A stretch of DNA of 64,000 nucleotides from the human T2T-CHM13v2.0 reference genome, Homo sapiens. The notes below the pieces were generated by a model that saw only the letters and a program-made list of their open reading frames with translations, was not told where the DNA came from and searched no databases. Both the position numbers and the translations under genes were made by a program. Below are positions 41,533-56,279 of the stretch, one piece after another (position 1 is the stretch's first letter; each line of letters starts with the position of its first letter). Location: NCBI RefSeq assembly GCF_009914755.1, contig NC_060932.1; one strand, given 5' to 3'.

Positions 41533-41934
41533 TGATAAGAGGCAGGGGGCAGACAAAGGCCTAGGCAGATAGGGAAGGGTCCCCAGAGAATCTCCAACCC
41601 TCCCCACAAGTGTTTACCTTCACAGGGGGCTTGCCTGGGCATGCCCGCAGCCAACTGGAGGCCCACAGGCACTAGGGGAATGGGGTGGAGCAACCAGGAA
41701 TTCATGCCTTATGCAGGGGAGGGGGCTGGCCTCTTAAGCTTGTGTAGGGTAGCCCTGGTATTGAATTGTGACAGGGAAACCTGCTTGAAGAAACCCTCTC
41801 TTTGCTGAGAGCTTTTCTTTTGCTTAATAAATTCCACCCTCCTCACCCTTCAGTGGGTCCATGTGCCTAATTTTTCCTCGTCATGAGACAAGAACCTGGA
41901 TTTAGCTGAACTAAGGAGCAAAAATCCTGCATCA
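41533..41934 (+). mobile_element. ERV1 solo LTR (MER61-family-like)
   Basis: TGAT...ATCA termini, AATAAA, perfect 4-bp TSD atat. Confidence 0.75.
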
Positions 41935-41986
41935 ATATGTATATAGACATACAAAGAAATCTAGGTTAGAAGGACATACACCAGTA

Positions 41987-43280
41987 TGCAGTAAAGGATT
42001 AACCTTGACCAGGAATATTTGGCTCTTGGCTCTTGACTAATTTCTAGGAAGTAACCTCTAATCCTTGAAATACCCTCCCTGATAGGACAGTATGTGTTTA
42101 CATGGGGGCTGTGAGCCACACTAGATAGTCTAGGCTAACAACATAATTTATGGCAGGAACTTTGGTTCCCATGGTATCAACCCGACCTGGAGACTAAAGT
42201 CAGTAATGTAGCCTATCAATCATCCTTAAGTAATCCAGCCCAGTAAAAACCCTGGACACCAGGGCATGGGTGAACCTCCTGAAACAAACTTTGCAAAAAT
42301 TATAACAGTGAAAAAATTGTAACAGTGAAAGAGATCTGCTTTAACCAACTCCATCTTGTCTTTAACCTCCAAACTGTCCTTGGCCATTCCTGGGCATGGG
42401 CCAAGCTAACTTTTGGATAAATTTAGTTTGTAGTTTAAATAATAGCCCTTTCCAAAAACTAAACTGCCTTTGTAAAACTAATAAAAGGCCACCAGGTTAG
42501 GAGGGGGAGGGAGGCTTGAATTCTGTGACAGATAGTAGTTACATGATTACCATCTGTTATTCTGGAGGTCACAAGATTTGCAACTCCCTAATTTCTCCTA
42601 TAAATAACATCACTATTGTGGGACTGAAGATTGGCCTTCTGAGATGTCTTTTCAGGCTTTTGCATTTCTGATGACCAGATGGCCCCACCCAGACCAACAA
42701 CTCCTCTGGTGGCCCCCGTCCAGAAGCAGACTCAATGCACAAGGACTGATTTTCACACCCCTATTGGTTGCATCCCCAACCAATCAGCAGCACTCATTCC
42801 TTAGCCCCTTGCCCATCAAGCTATTCTTGAAAAACCCTAGTCTCTGAATTTTCAGGGAGGCTAATTTGAGTCATAATAAAGCGTTTATCTTCCACTTAGC
42901 CTTACACAGGCTCTACATGTATTAAACTCTTTCTCTATTGCAATTCCCCTGTCTAGATAAATTGGCTTTATCTGGGGAGTAGGCAAAATAAACCTGTCTG
43001 GCATTTACACTCCCAAGGTGGCAATACTCCATGCATGTTGCCACATACGGTTAATGACAGTAGTAAGTGCTGTCTGCATGACTCCACTGGGAGAGGATAA
43101 TTAGAAGCTTATATCTAGAACTCTTAGGGACTCTGCCCTATGACCCTTTTCCCACTGTTGATCTTGATCTTTATCCTTTTGCTTTAATAAATAATTACCA
43201 TATAACAGTTTTACTGAGTTCTATAAATCCTTCTAATAAGTTGAAGCTAAGAGTGGTCTTGGGGAGCTCTAGAACTTGCA
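41987..43280 (+). mobile_element. MER77-like LTR interrupted by LTR8
   Basis: tgcagtaaaggattaaccttg...gagtggtcttggggagctctagaacttgca. Confidence 0.6.
42280..43009 (+). mobile_element. LTR8/LTR8A solo LTR
   Basis: TGAAACAAACTTTGCAAAAATTATAAC...TTACA; perfect TSD ctcc. Confidence 0.85.
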
Positions 43281-43828
43281 GCCATTATGTAGTGTTTGTC
43301 TGGGTGGGGTTCTGCAATTTTGGCTGATCTATAATTCTTCTATGATAAACATATATTACTGATTTTATCAGAATGTTTCCACTGCTTCAATCCTTTAAAT
43401 GTGTGTATTATTTTATATAGAAGTAGTTTAAGGAAGTAATCCCAGGGGTGATCATTGTAATGTTATTTGTAATAGCTAAAATGGGAAATAACCTAATTGT
43501 ACAAAAGAGGATACATTAAGTAAATCATACACACCTGTATAGTTGAATATGTTTTATAACTTATGCTATAATGAATATCTACTGACATAAGAAATCAAAG
43601 CTATATTGCTAAGTTAAAAAAGCAGAGAAAAAACATATTTCTATTATTATTGAAATACACAATACAATTTATATTTCCATAGGAAAATATAGACAAAAAT
43701 ACAATAAAAATGTGAATCACAGTTTTCTTTGGATAGCAGGATTAGGGTGGTTTTTATTTTTTGCATTGCACTTATCTGTATTTTACTCATTTTCTTTTTG
43801 AGCATGCATTGTTTTAAATTAGGAAGAC

Positions 43829-44112
43829 GGCCGGGTACAGTGGCTCATGCCAGTAATCCCAGCACTTTGGGAGGCAGGTAGATCACCTGAGCCCAGGAGT
43901 TAGAGACCACCCTGGCCAACATGGGGAAGCCCTGTGTCTACTAAAAATACAAAAATTAACCAGGCATGGTTGTGCACACCTGTGTGCACTCGACAGGCTG
44001 AGTCAGAACTGCTTGAACCCAAGAGGTAGAGGTCGCAATGAGCCAAGATTGTGCCACTCCATTCCAGCCTAGGTGACAAAGTGAGACCTTGTCTCAACAA
44101 AAACAAAAAAAC
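43829..44112 (+). mobile_element. Alu, diverged with small deletions
   Basis: Dimeric Alu with A tail; TSD-like aggaaga. Confidence 0.9.
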
Positions 44113-44199
44113 AGGAAGAAAACTAAACTTGGAAAAAAAAATTACTTTCAGTTCTACCCCCTTAATTATTTTTAAATCTTCTAAACCGATTTAATGATA

Positions 44200-44830
44200 G
44201 AATCTAAAATTGTGCAATGGCAAATGGAAAAATAGTTTCAAGAGACATTGGTGAGTATAAGTTCTTGAAGATGGGGTGAAAACAGATGCAGACAATTAGA
44301 GAAAGGTGATGAACATATCTCTTAAGCTTCCTAGTTTGGGAGGCTTTTTGGACACTATCATCTTTAGCTAAGGAGACTACCAGAGGTTGTGTACTGCAAC
44401 ATAATTACTTTAGATTTGAACATACTGAATTTGAGGAGCATGCAGTATAGTCAATTAAAGATATGCATTTGAAAATATCGGTCTAAAGTGTAGGATAAAT
44501 TTAAAGCAGGGATGTATAAATCTGTGGTCATCAGCACATAGGCGATATTTGAAAATTGCTCTGGGAGAACATGATGGAGACCCAAAAATGGAAACTTTGA
44601 AAACACAAACATTGAAGTGTGAATTGTAGCAGAGGACACAGTAAAGAAACTGAAAAGAATAGTTGAAGAGGTAGGAGGATAACCAGAAGAAAACAAGGTC
44701 ACTGAAATCAAAGGGGGGAAAATAGTTCCCAGAAAGCATTAATTAGCCACAGCAAAGTTCAAGCCAGACAGCAAGACAGGAAACCCACTGGGCAGTTCGG
44801 GAAGTCACTATTGGCCAGTATGAAGACCAT
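44200..44830 (-). mobile_element. L2 fragment
   Basis: tttagatttgaacatactgaatttgagg and gaggtaggaggataaccagaaga motifs. Confidence 0.55.
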
Positions 44831-45077
44831 CTCTAAAATGGGAATATTTGCCTTCCCCTCCATGGGCTGTAAGGTTGACATAAGAAATGTAAAAATATTA
44901 TACAAATTATCTAACCATCCTCAGATGCACATAATCCAATTCACCACCCTTTTATGTGGACACATTACATTTATCTTCCTCAAGTAATTATCAAATATCC
45001 ACTGTACTCTTTCCTGCTTTTTACCAGCTTACCTTCTGTGATCTGTACTCTTCTAGGTACTACTTGTTTTTATGTAA

Positions 45078-45411
<334 letters not shown>

Positions 45412-46069
45412 GCAATTACAATATTTTAAACATATAAACCCAATACTCCAATGGACTCATAGACAGTAAAATATTACTTAGGTCTCTAAAAAGCATCAAG
45501 AAGTCATGAACTTCTTGTAATATTCTGGTATTTTTTTGCCTCCATATGCAATTGTAGCCTGGACCTGGAGAGTGTTCTTGGAAGTATATGGAAGAAGTGG
45601 TAGTGAATTCCAGAACACCGGCCACCTAGACAACAGAGGCTGGGGCAGAATTCGCCAGCGTTCAGAGCAAGCCCACAGTCTCCCCAACCCAGCCATCTTT
45701 ACATGCAGCTTTGTCAATGGGGAAGTACTAACCTGCAAAGTCAATAAATACTTTTTCCAAGAAGTCCTTAGGAAATTTAATGTGCAAAATTTCAGTCATG
45801 CAACATTGGAAAGAATGTCAATTTATACTTAAGAACTATAGCTGAAGAAATTAAGATAATGTTGTGGGTAATAAAATGTTGCTCTCAATGGACTTAAAGA
45901 GAGAAACAGTTTGCCAGTGATGGAATGAGAGGTCTTGCTATTTTGAAGCTTGCTTTATTGATCCTCAGAAGAAACTTGAAAAATTCTAAAGAGGCTAGAT
46001 GATGCCTAACACCTACAAAACTTAAGAACAAAAGCCTGTGTAGCCTTTTCATCATACTTTTTTTATTAG

Positions 46070-46538
46070 TGAAACTGGCCCAACTAACCAATAGAACTGA
46101 TGTTTATGGGATTTTTTTCAATCAACATATTGACCCTCCTGGGCTTAAAGCTTGAAACTTACATTTGTCTTATCTGAGTTCCTTCAGGCCTCCCAGATAG
46201 TATTAATAGCAAGGAACTGAATCTTACCCAATCATCCCATCCATCCAATGAGATGCCAGACCATTCATTCAACCACTTGCTGCCTGTTGACCCACTCCAT
46301 TTCCTCACCCCTCCTGTTTTCCTTCTCTGCTACATAAACCTGTAACTTTAGTCAGGAATTTGGGGGGATTCAGTGAGAGACAGATTTGAGAGATTTGAGA
46401 CTTATCTCCCATCTCCCTGACTTAACATCACCCAAATAAATAAAGCCTTTCTTCCTTGGCAATACTCATTGTCTCAGTGATTGGCTTTCTGTGAAGCAAA
46501 CAACCAAACCTAGACCAAAACTGTGATGTTCAATAACA
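46070..46538 (+). mobile_element. ERV1 solo LTR (LTR45-like)
   Basis: TGAAACTGGCCCAA...GAACTGATGTTTATGG...AATAAAGCC...ATAACA. Confidence 0.6.
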
Positions 46539-46679
46539 CTACCACCTTTCTACAATTTTTTCCTGTCTTTTGTTCTTTTTTTATCCTCCATCTTACTTTT
46601 TAAAAATCTCAGAAAGGATTCAAGTTAGTTTTATATGTATGTCATGTACATCTGTTCTCAAACAGATGACTTAAGAGTT

Positions 46680-46955
46680 CAAAATCAGATGAACTCATAG
46701 AGACAGAAAGCTGAAGAGTTACCAGGAGTTGGCTCAGGGGTGGGCACAGGGATTTTAGCAGTGGTTGGCGAGGATGGTGGAGAATGAAGAGTTACTATTT
46801 AATGAGTATAGTTTGTTTAGAAATGATGAATAGGTTCTGGAAATGGTTCCAGGTGGTTGCATAAAACTGTAAATGTACTGACTGCCACTAAACTGTACAC
46901 TTAAAAATGGTTAAAATGGTAAATTTTTATGTGTGTTTTACCGCAATGAGAAAAA
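46680..46955 (+). mobile_element. Old L1M 3' end
   Basis: catagagacagaaag...ctgtacacttaaaaatggttaaaatggtaaattttatgtg. Confidence 0.75.
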
Positions 46956-47022
46956 AAGGTGGGGGTGCGGGGGGCGCAAAAAAAAGCAGATGCAGCACAC
47001 CATCTCTTTTAGACATGACCAA

Positions 47023-47028
47023 TTTATT
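47023..47028 (-). terminator. BPNT2: Distal poly(A) signal of BPNT2 (cleavage ~47004)
   Basis: Minus-strand AATAAA followed by a GU/U-rich downstream element (GTGTGCTGCATCTGCTTTTTTTT), at the boundary between repeat-poor and repeat-rich DNA. Confidence 0.7.
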
Positions 47029-50000
47029 CAGAGAATTCAAATTTCGTTTGGCAAAGTATATCCGGGGCAGAGAGTTTGGGATAATTATGTCATTGGAAGC
47101 AATCACATTATCTACAGCAAATTGCCTGGGGTAGTATCTGAAGGAAAGGCAAAACTTTTAAAAACAATTTAGTATGTGGGGGGGTGATAATCATAAATAT
47201 TTGCAAAGGTAACAAAACAAACAACCAGCTTATACAACCAAGGCACAAAATATGCTAATGCTAATAATCCTTTATTCAATTTAGCTCAACACACATTAAG
47301 TACTTAATTTGTGCAAGAGACTGGGCTATGTGCTGGGGGTGAGGTGGAAATACAAAAACACCAAGATGCAATCCCTCTCAAGAACTGTATAATCTAGTAA
47401 GAGCACATACAGAGATGGTGCTTGCAGGTAAAAACTGCTCTGAAACCATGGGGAGAGAAGAGTTTACTTCCTTCCAGAGGGTGAAGTCGGGACCCATTTA
47501 AATTTGGTAGTATGGGTGAGGAAGGTCATAACACGCTAAGTAAACTGGTGTCTAAGCATGTGACGGCAACAGCTAATGGTCTAGTTCCTCCATGGCTTTA
47601 AATGCATGAAAGGGAAAAGAGTATTCAAAGGTATTTTTATTTTATCTCATTGTTAGCCCAGTATAAGGCAGGATGACAAAAAATAAATAAAAGTATGAAG
47701 AGGCAAGAACATAGATTGAAAACTCCATTTCCTAGTTTTAGTGTAAACTCAATCCCTTGTGCATATACATCTAGTTCCTGAAGTCCACACTGCCAAAAGG
47801 GAAAAACAAGAAAAACCAGCCCTAGCAGTGCCCTGTCATCATGGCAGAGCACTGTCTCTTCTGTGGGACTGAAACAGCTAGCTTTGGCTACTGCCGGTAG
47901 TGGACAATATGGCACATGGAAATTAAAAAGTCCATAAACGTGCCCTCCTAACACGAGAATAAGAAAGGTGGCTGAAGTAGATAATTTCAGTGACGGAGGG
48001 GATGAAATATTTTTTGGTTAATTGATGTAATGATGACTCACTATGCCTTATTTCCTATTTTTAAAAACACAGAATGAGCAAGTCATTCCTGAACAAAAAT
48101 TTACTGTGTGTATAACATACACCTCAAAATGAATTTTAAGGGAACATATTACTAATCAAATAACACAGTTTATGCTTTTTCAATTTCCACAAATTGTTAA
48201 TTATGATACTTAAGGGAACCCTTACAATATATAACAAGTCATTTCAATATTATTCATCATCCTTAACTTCTGAAAGTTTGGTTTATGTTATCTTATCTAG
48301 AAAGAAAACTACTTACAAATCTCATTTTCCCACAAAATTAATTCAACATCCAACCTTAAAAATAAATAAAGCTTTGCCAATGGTAAATTGGAATGCATAT
48401 ACTTGCCAGGCTTTGATGAAATAAAAATAAACGATTTACATAAGCAGTACCTGGTAAAACCAAAACCTCCTTTTGAAGTATAAAGTTCCATTCTTCTTGC
48501 CCTCTCAGAACTGCCAATCAATTAGAATCCTCTCCCCCAGGAACTGTTCTGGTTTGTAATGTCATACACAGTATTTTTTAACATTAATAAATTATTGATA
48601 TGCTACCATAAATAAATAGTCACTTTTTAAACCAAAATGACTGTAGAGGACTAACAGCACACTGAAATAATTTATTTAAAACTAAGATTTGTAAAACTGT
48701 GATCTATCCTGGTCTAATATTATTAAAATTAAAAATCAAAAGATGAAATATTATTTCAGACCTATATACATCAAGATGCCAGTTCTTATAAAAAACATAC
48801 TTTAGTTGTAAATGCTAGGTTATGCAAAAATAATTTTATTTCAATTTAATTTTAATGAATCTCCCCCAACTATAATATTAAAAACATCAAAAGAACTTAA
48901 GTTTTAATGGCAAAAAGTTCCTATTTTCCCCCATCTACTAAAAAGGTTGTTTTCCCTTATTAACATACAATGCCCTATTGTTAAGGCACAACTTTTTTTA
49001 GATTAAAAATGAAACCATAGATTAGGTTTATTTTATACAACAGTTACAAGACAGACCTTTTGTAGGCATATAAATACATCTTAAATTCAATCAAGATCTA
49101 AAATGAAAAATTATTTTTTCTTTCTAGGATCAATCAACACATAGCCAATAGGTAGTTACAGCTAGAATAATTCCAACAGTTCCTGTTTTAACCTGTCAGA
49201 TTGTCTCCAAAAGGCCATCTTCAAAGTGCGATCTAAGAGAGGAAAGCTGAATATTTTCCTTTCTGCATCGGCACTCCACCTTTCTTTACTTATGCTCAGC
49301 TATCAGAGATGGCTGTCACCTTCAAAGCCTAAGTGAGATCCAATTTTTGAATTCAACATGAAACAAGGACAGATATCCTGATCCTGGGGTGACCAGGGTA
49401 GATGTCTGCTTTGCATCCTCCCTGTTACCCTTCTCCTGACCTCCCTCTAGCTTCTTTCTGACCCTCTTCCTAGCCACCACCCCTCTCCCTCTGACACAGT
49501 TCACAAAATATTCAAAGGGAGCACCTAACAAACAAGAGGAATTTGCACAACTGTTACTTAAAACATACAAACCAAAATGTTTTTGTTACTTCATTATATA
49601 GTATAAACAATCAACTGAATAATTACTGATTTAAAATAAAGAAAGAAACACTAAAATTGGGGTAGCACATACCAAGACAAACATGACCATCTTGTAGGTC
49701 CTTGTAAATTCAACTGAACTGGGGATACAAGTAGGAAAACAGTAAAAGCAAGTTTCCTCAAGCATGCATATCTACCCAACTCTCTTGTATTTTTTTTTAC
49801 ATTTACATTCTTGAACAATGGGTAGAAAGAAATACTTCGTAAAAACACTCATATTAGACTTGACAACATAAAGGGTTGTGGTTTTGAAGGTGATTTTCCT
49901 TTACTTTGTGAGGAGTCTTTGTAATCTAATAGTGAACTAGGCCTCCTCCAGGATTGATCTCTGATACTAGGAACTTTACCAGAGCTTCAGATTTCAGCAG

Positions 50001-50532
50001 CCAATATCCAGAAAAATGTATATCTAAAAGAATTTGGGAGTGAGAGTTGTGAGGGAAGTATCCTGGCTAAGAAAGAAAAGCAGAGATAAAGGAGAACATG
50101 AACCGGTAAGGGAAATGGTCACAAGGTAGAAGAGATGAAGAAGGGCAGAGGAGGGGGACAGCTGATGGGTACTGAGATCACTGATGTCACTGCCTCTACT
50201 AAATGTGGTGCATAAAAGTCATATTTTAAGAAAAATTGCCTCAAAATAAGGGCAACAGTGAAGAAAAGACCAGGAGCTGGTGAGGTGTGGGTCATTAAAA
50301 GCAAAAGGTAATGACTTTGCTACTTTTTAGAAATAATTTTAATGTAATTCTGGGAGATAACATTACTCATTCATGAAGGTGTTTTACTAGGATGCTATGG
50401 CACAATGTCTTGTGTAAATAAATATAAATACTGTTCCTAATTCTGCAACGTATATTGGCTTTTAAAAACAAACAATTTTAAAAATGAACTTTTTATAAAA
50501 GTACTTAAAAAAAATCATTAGTAACTAGACTA

Positions 50533-51039
<507 letters not shown>

Positions 51040-52866
51040 CTATAATAAAAACAGATGCTTATACCACAGGACTCTGGCAACAGCATATACCTTTGCCATC
51101 TCTCCTGAAAAAGAAAGTTTCTTCAGCTTATTGCAAAGGAAAAAAATGAGGTCTCTGATACTCTTTTCAAAATTTTCAAGTCCTATTTAAATATCAAGTG
51201 TTCCACCTACCAAAACTTTGAATGAATTTTCACTGAAAAGGCCTACTGCTAAGGCCCAACACCTTCTCGAATTTGACCAGTTGCAAGAGATTGGGTGAAA
51301 ACATTTGTGTCATATTAGATTCAGTTTACTAATAAGAAAGTAAAGGGCTTTGGACAATGTAACATACAAACCTAAAGTATGCACATTCCACCAGGCTAGA
51401 ACGTACATTCTTTGGTCAATTTTACTTCCAAGATGGGAAAATAAAGGGTAAGCTGCTTTATGGTTAAAAAATTTAGCAAAGAAAGAAACCGTGAGAAATC
51501 CCTCTCATCAGCATGTTATGGAATACAAGGGCACTGGAGTCACATGAAATAACGGCATGGGTAGTTTACATGAAGTTTCCAGATTTCACATTGAGAGAAA
51601 CCATACATCCCAATGAAAGACAGTTCACAAAGCAAGGTTCTAGTTACGGTAACACAATGAATATGTCACAACTTTTTTTTTCTAACCAGACTAGAAAAAA
51701 ATTTCATCAAAAAGTACCTTCAACCTTCTCTATTTTAATCTGAGGGGAAATTAAGAGAATCTCAAAAGTTACTACAGAGTTTGGGTAGGCTAGATACATT
51801 TATTAATAGTAAAAGCAACCATGGCAAAAGCAACCATACTCATTCTTGATAATGAAAGGATCTTCTATATACAAACCTAGCAAATTAAAAAAAAATACTA
51901 AAACAAAGTGTCTGAAGATAATGAAAGGCAGTTCAATTCATGTAATGTCAAGTAACTTTCAATTGTAATAGAATCATTTATATTCTTATAGTGCCTTACA
52001 GCATATTTTATCGTTAATGAGAAAATGAACCAAAACTATAGTGCTAACCCTGAAACCTTAAACCGAACCTTACAAAGTTAAAGACTAAGTGTTGGTCAGA
52101 AGGAAAAGGATGCAACCATGCATCTTCCACAGGGAAAATGAAAATAGCAAGATGGCAGAAATGCTGAACTCATGGGTACAAACACACTTTTCTTTATAAA
52201 AACAAAACAACACACACACATACACACAGAAATTATTACAATGCAAATCATCATGTGTCTCTATTTTCTACCAGCTGGTGAACCTGTTATTAAAATTTAA
52301 AAGAAAAAATCAATTAAACTTTTTCTATTTTAATCCATAGAAATATTCAGTAACATAAATACAACATTTGTTGCATATTAATGAATGTGTGGCTTCTTGT
52401 GCTTTCCATCCAAATTAGAGGTAAAAATCCCCAATGACTTTATTTTCAATGAGATATAGTTGTAAAGTTATATTAAACATCTACACAAAAATCAATCTTT
52501 CCTTCAACCGAATTCTATATGAAAGTACTAACAGTGAAGATTCATGATGTTGTGTGAAAATGGTGACTCATAACAATGTAGACTCAGCTACAGATTTTAA
52601 TTCACAAATATATATATGCGCCTTGTGTATGACAACTGTATGAAAATAGTCTCAAAAATAAAGACAATACTTGAGACACAAAGCAACCCATTTTCCCTGA
52701 TTTTGCATTCTATTACAGGGAAAATAAGTCTCTGATGCTTCATAAATACTTTAAAAAGTTCGGGATGGCCTTAACCATGCATAGTCTCCACCAATCCTTT
52801 GAAGCTTCCAGCATCTCAGGCTAACCATTTCAGCTGTGAAGAACTGTACCCTGTAATCAGTTATGC

Positions 52867-53138
52867 TCATTTATGTCCTGTCTTTTCTAGATCTGGGAGT
52901 TTTCTGACCAGGGCCTGGTGGTTCATTCTGATGCTAGCAAGGAGTCCCCCTTCAATGCCGTCTGAACCAGTGTAACTGATTTCTTCACCACTCAGGGTAG
53001 TCATATGCCCCCCTAGGGCTTTTAAGATGGCATTACCAGCACATATATCCCACTTTTTGATGTATGTCACATGGATGTATAAATCAGCTTTTTCTTGACT
53101 CTTATCAGGCACATCCAAAAGTGCTAAAACTTTATAAC
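52867..53138 (-). CDS. BPNT2: BPNT2 (IMPAD1/gPAPP, Golgi PAP 3'-phosphatase), last coding exon
   Basis: Acceptor tcttttAG|GT; encodes (G)[12 protein letters not shown]...[19 protein letters not shown]...[11 protein letters not shown]. WDxxAG is the inositol monophosphatase-family motif. 272 nt, phase 1. Confidence 0.96.
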
Positions 53139-53306
53139 CTAAAAGATAAACAAAGAATTTAGGTTATTATTCAAAAAATTTTAAGAAAGTAGCATACTTT
53201 TTTGATTAAGTATCCTGTTAAAATAGCAGGATGGAGTGTGCAGGAGCTTGCTGCAGTCTCTGCAACTGCTTAAGTTTAAAATTATTTCAAATTAAAAAAA
53301 TTTTAA

Positions 53307-53674
<368 letters not shown>

Positions 53675-54111
53675 TGCAAAGTAACTTATTAAGCTAGTCT
53701 CAAATGTAACCAAATATATACCTACAATTTAAAAATTTTAAATCTACATTGTGGTTATTTTCTATGGAATGACACATTCATTACGTGCCATTTTCTATGG
53801 AATGACATATTATACACACAAGTTTTACCTAAACATCTAAGTAGGCCCGATGTGAAAGAGAACTAACAGTAACACTACCACTCTAAAGCCTTTTTGTAAT
53901 GAGGCAGAATTTAAAAACTAAAGTAATAAAACAAATGCAGAAGAAACTGGGTCTAGAACCTAGTCATCTCATCCCTGCTGGGTATTCTGGACATTACTTT
54001 TCCTAACCAACCTAACAGAGAGCCTCTAAGAAAATAATGAAGCCATATGAAAGAAGGCAGATATATAGAACAGAAAATTAAAATTATTAGGCATAAAAGT
54101 TAAAAAGTATT

Positions 54112-54430
54112 GACCAGGTGTGGTGGCTCACGCCTGTAATCCTAGCACTTTGGGAGGCCACAGCAAGCAGACTGCCTGAGCTCAGGAGCTCAAGACCAGC
54201 CTGGGCAACGTGGCAAAACCCCGTCTCTACTAAAAATAAAAAATTAGCCAGGCATGGTGGTGCATGCCTGTAGTCCCAGCTACTCGGGAGGCTGAGGCAC
54301 GAAAATCACCTGAGCCCAGGAGGCGGAGGTTGCGATGAGCCTAGATCACACCACTGCACTCCAGCCTGGGAGACAGAATGAGACCCTATCTCAAAAAAAG
54401 AAAAAACAAAACAAAACAAAACAAAAAAGA
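54112..54430 (+). mobile_element. Alu (Sz/Jb-like)
   Basis: Dimeric Alu with (CAAAA)n tail; TSD-like aagtatt. Confidence 0.94.
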
Positions 54431-54548
54431 AGTATTACTTCTCCCTTTATGTGTGCTGAGAAGGTTTTCCAACACATTTGTTTTCTGACCATAATTTGCT
54501 ATTAACCTGAATTAAAACATTTCTGACATGTTAGACAGTACTCATAAC

Positions 54549-54748
54549 AGGAGTTGACAAACAGCCCCTCAAGCTAAATCCGGGTCATGGCCTGTTCTTA
54601 CAGGGTTAAGATGAGAATCTTTAAAAAATATGTTCAAAAGTTCATTAAAGAAAATCAAATAATAGTATGCAACAGAGACTGTATATATATGGCTCATGAG
54701 GCTTCAAATTTTATTATCGGTTTCTTTTCCAAAAAACTAGGTTGACTA
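54549..54748 (+). mobile_element. hAT MITE fragment (MER58-like)
   Basis: caggagttgacaaacagccc...gctaaatccggg terminus. Confidence 0.45.
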
Positions 54749-55264
54749 TAATACAATAGTAGAGAATATACGATAAGGTGGGTGCGCACTAGCCTCTCTT
54801 GCTCATCCCAGGTATGCAGGTTAAAGAGTTCAGGGGTGTTAAAAGTGACTCAGGGATTAGCCTTTCTAATAATACTTATGATGACTCCTGGCGTCTTTCT
54901 GCCATATGAAGCATCTTAAGTGCTTGATCTTTCTTCCTCTCCTTGATATTCCCACAGTTAAGTAAGACAATTATTTTGAAATCAGACTGCATAAAAAGCA
55001 ATTAGTGGTAGATCTAATGGGAATATGCTTTTGTGTATTCAAGAAAGAGAAACCACTGTTGTGAGACTGCTTCTTTCTAATAAGAAGGGCAGAGTGACTA
55101 AAATCCCACCCTCGAGGTTACCAAACAGGAGACCAAGCCTGTCTTGAAAGTACACCACTCCTCCTCACTTTCCTCCCAAGCATGGACAAGCAAATTAGTC
55201 TCCTAACATAGCCTTGACCATGCCAGGAACATTCTCCAGGGACCACACAGGAAGAGGAACATAC

Positions 55265-55426
55265 CAGCACCACCAGCTGGGATAATTGTAGTCTGGTTTC
55301 CAAAAGTCTGAAGAGCGACCTGTTTGACCATCCCTGAATGGGAACGAGACACAACGATCCTTGGGGTCTTCTCATTGTAGGAAGAGCGGGCTTTCACATT
55401 TGAACCACCATCTACCATTGCCCAAG
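55265..55426 (-). CDS. BPNT2: BPNT2 penultimate coding exon
   Basis: ttttcAG|CT TGG GCA ATG...GCT G|GTATGT; encodes [53 protein letters not shown]. 162 nt, phase 1/1, joins the last exon in frame. Confidence 0.96.
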
Positions 55427-55689
55427 CTGAAAAGCAAATATAATATCCATTAATGGCACTGAAGCTTTAAAACTAAAGGTTATATTCTTCAGAACCCAAA
55501 GTGCTATGTATGACTGACAAAATAGCTCTCTTCTAAAAAATTATTTGTATTTTCCCCCAAAACAGAAAGCTTTTTTTTTCAGAGTACAAAAGTAGTATAT
55601 ATGTATTTGTAAAATAGACATGTATTAAGACAAAACTAAAAAAGTTCATGTTATCTTGCATAACCAAAGACAACGACTATTAAATATTT

Positions 55690-55864
55690 GGCTTAAGGAT
55701 TCCCATGCTCCACTGGGATGACACTGCAACTCCACTTCTCCCTGCATCTATCCAACTTCCTTCCCTCTCTTTCACAGTTGTGATCCCAACAGCACTCCCT
55801 AATAAACACCCTGAAGCTAATCTCCAGCTCCAAGTCTGATTCCTGGAGAACCCAACCTGCAACA
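55690..55864 (+). mobile_element. LTR16-like (ERVL) LTR 3' fragment
   Basis: ctccctaataaacaccctgaagctaatctc...ttcctggagaacccaacctgcaaca. Confidence 0.65.
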
Positions 55865-56279
55865 TAAGCACAAGTAACTTCCCTAACTCCAATTTTAAAA
55901 TGCATTTTCTCCTATACTGCCTCCACTTCTATATACTCATGGTTTCAATTATTTGAATATTAGCTCAATCTCCTAAGTGACTTTATAAACAGAAAACAGT
56001 TAAAAGAGGTGAGTTAGGTTTACATATCAGCCTTATCAGAGAGTATTAAAGAAAAAGCCTTAGATTTCAAAATAGAATAGAATTTTTAAAAGGGAAGGGG
56101 ATGTCAGAGATGGCTTCAGATGATTTTCCTGGTTTGGAAGTTTTCTTCACTGACTATAAAACTATACAAGAGAACAAACTTACTCAGAATTATCCCAATT
56201 AGATTGTTGTTTTAGCAGTCACTCACTACAGGGCAAGATATAGTCCACCATGGCTAGTAATGAAACCAGCTGCATCACC

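Noticed and set aside
53758-53812. Short repeat ttttctatggaatgaca x2
   Set aside because: An ordinary small local duplication in an intron with no further structure.
55203-55264. ORF-track extension of the exon ([10 protein letters not shown]...)
   Set aside because: Read-through past the canonical G|GTATGT donor into the intron.
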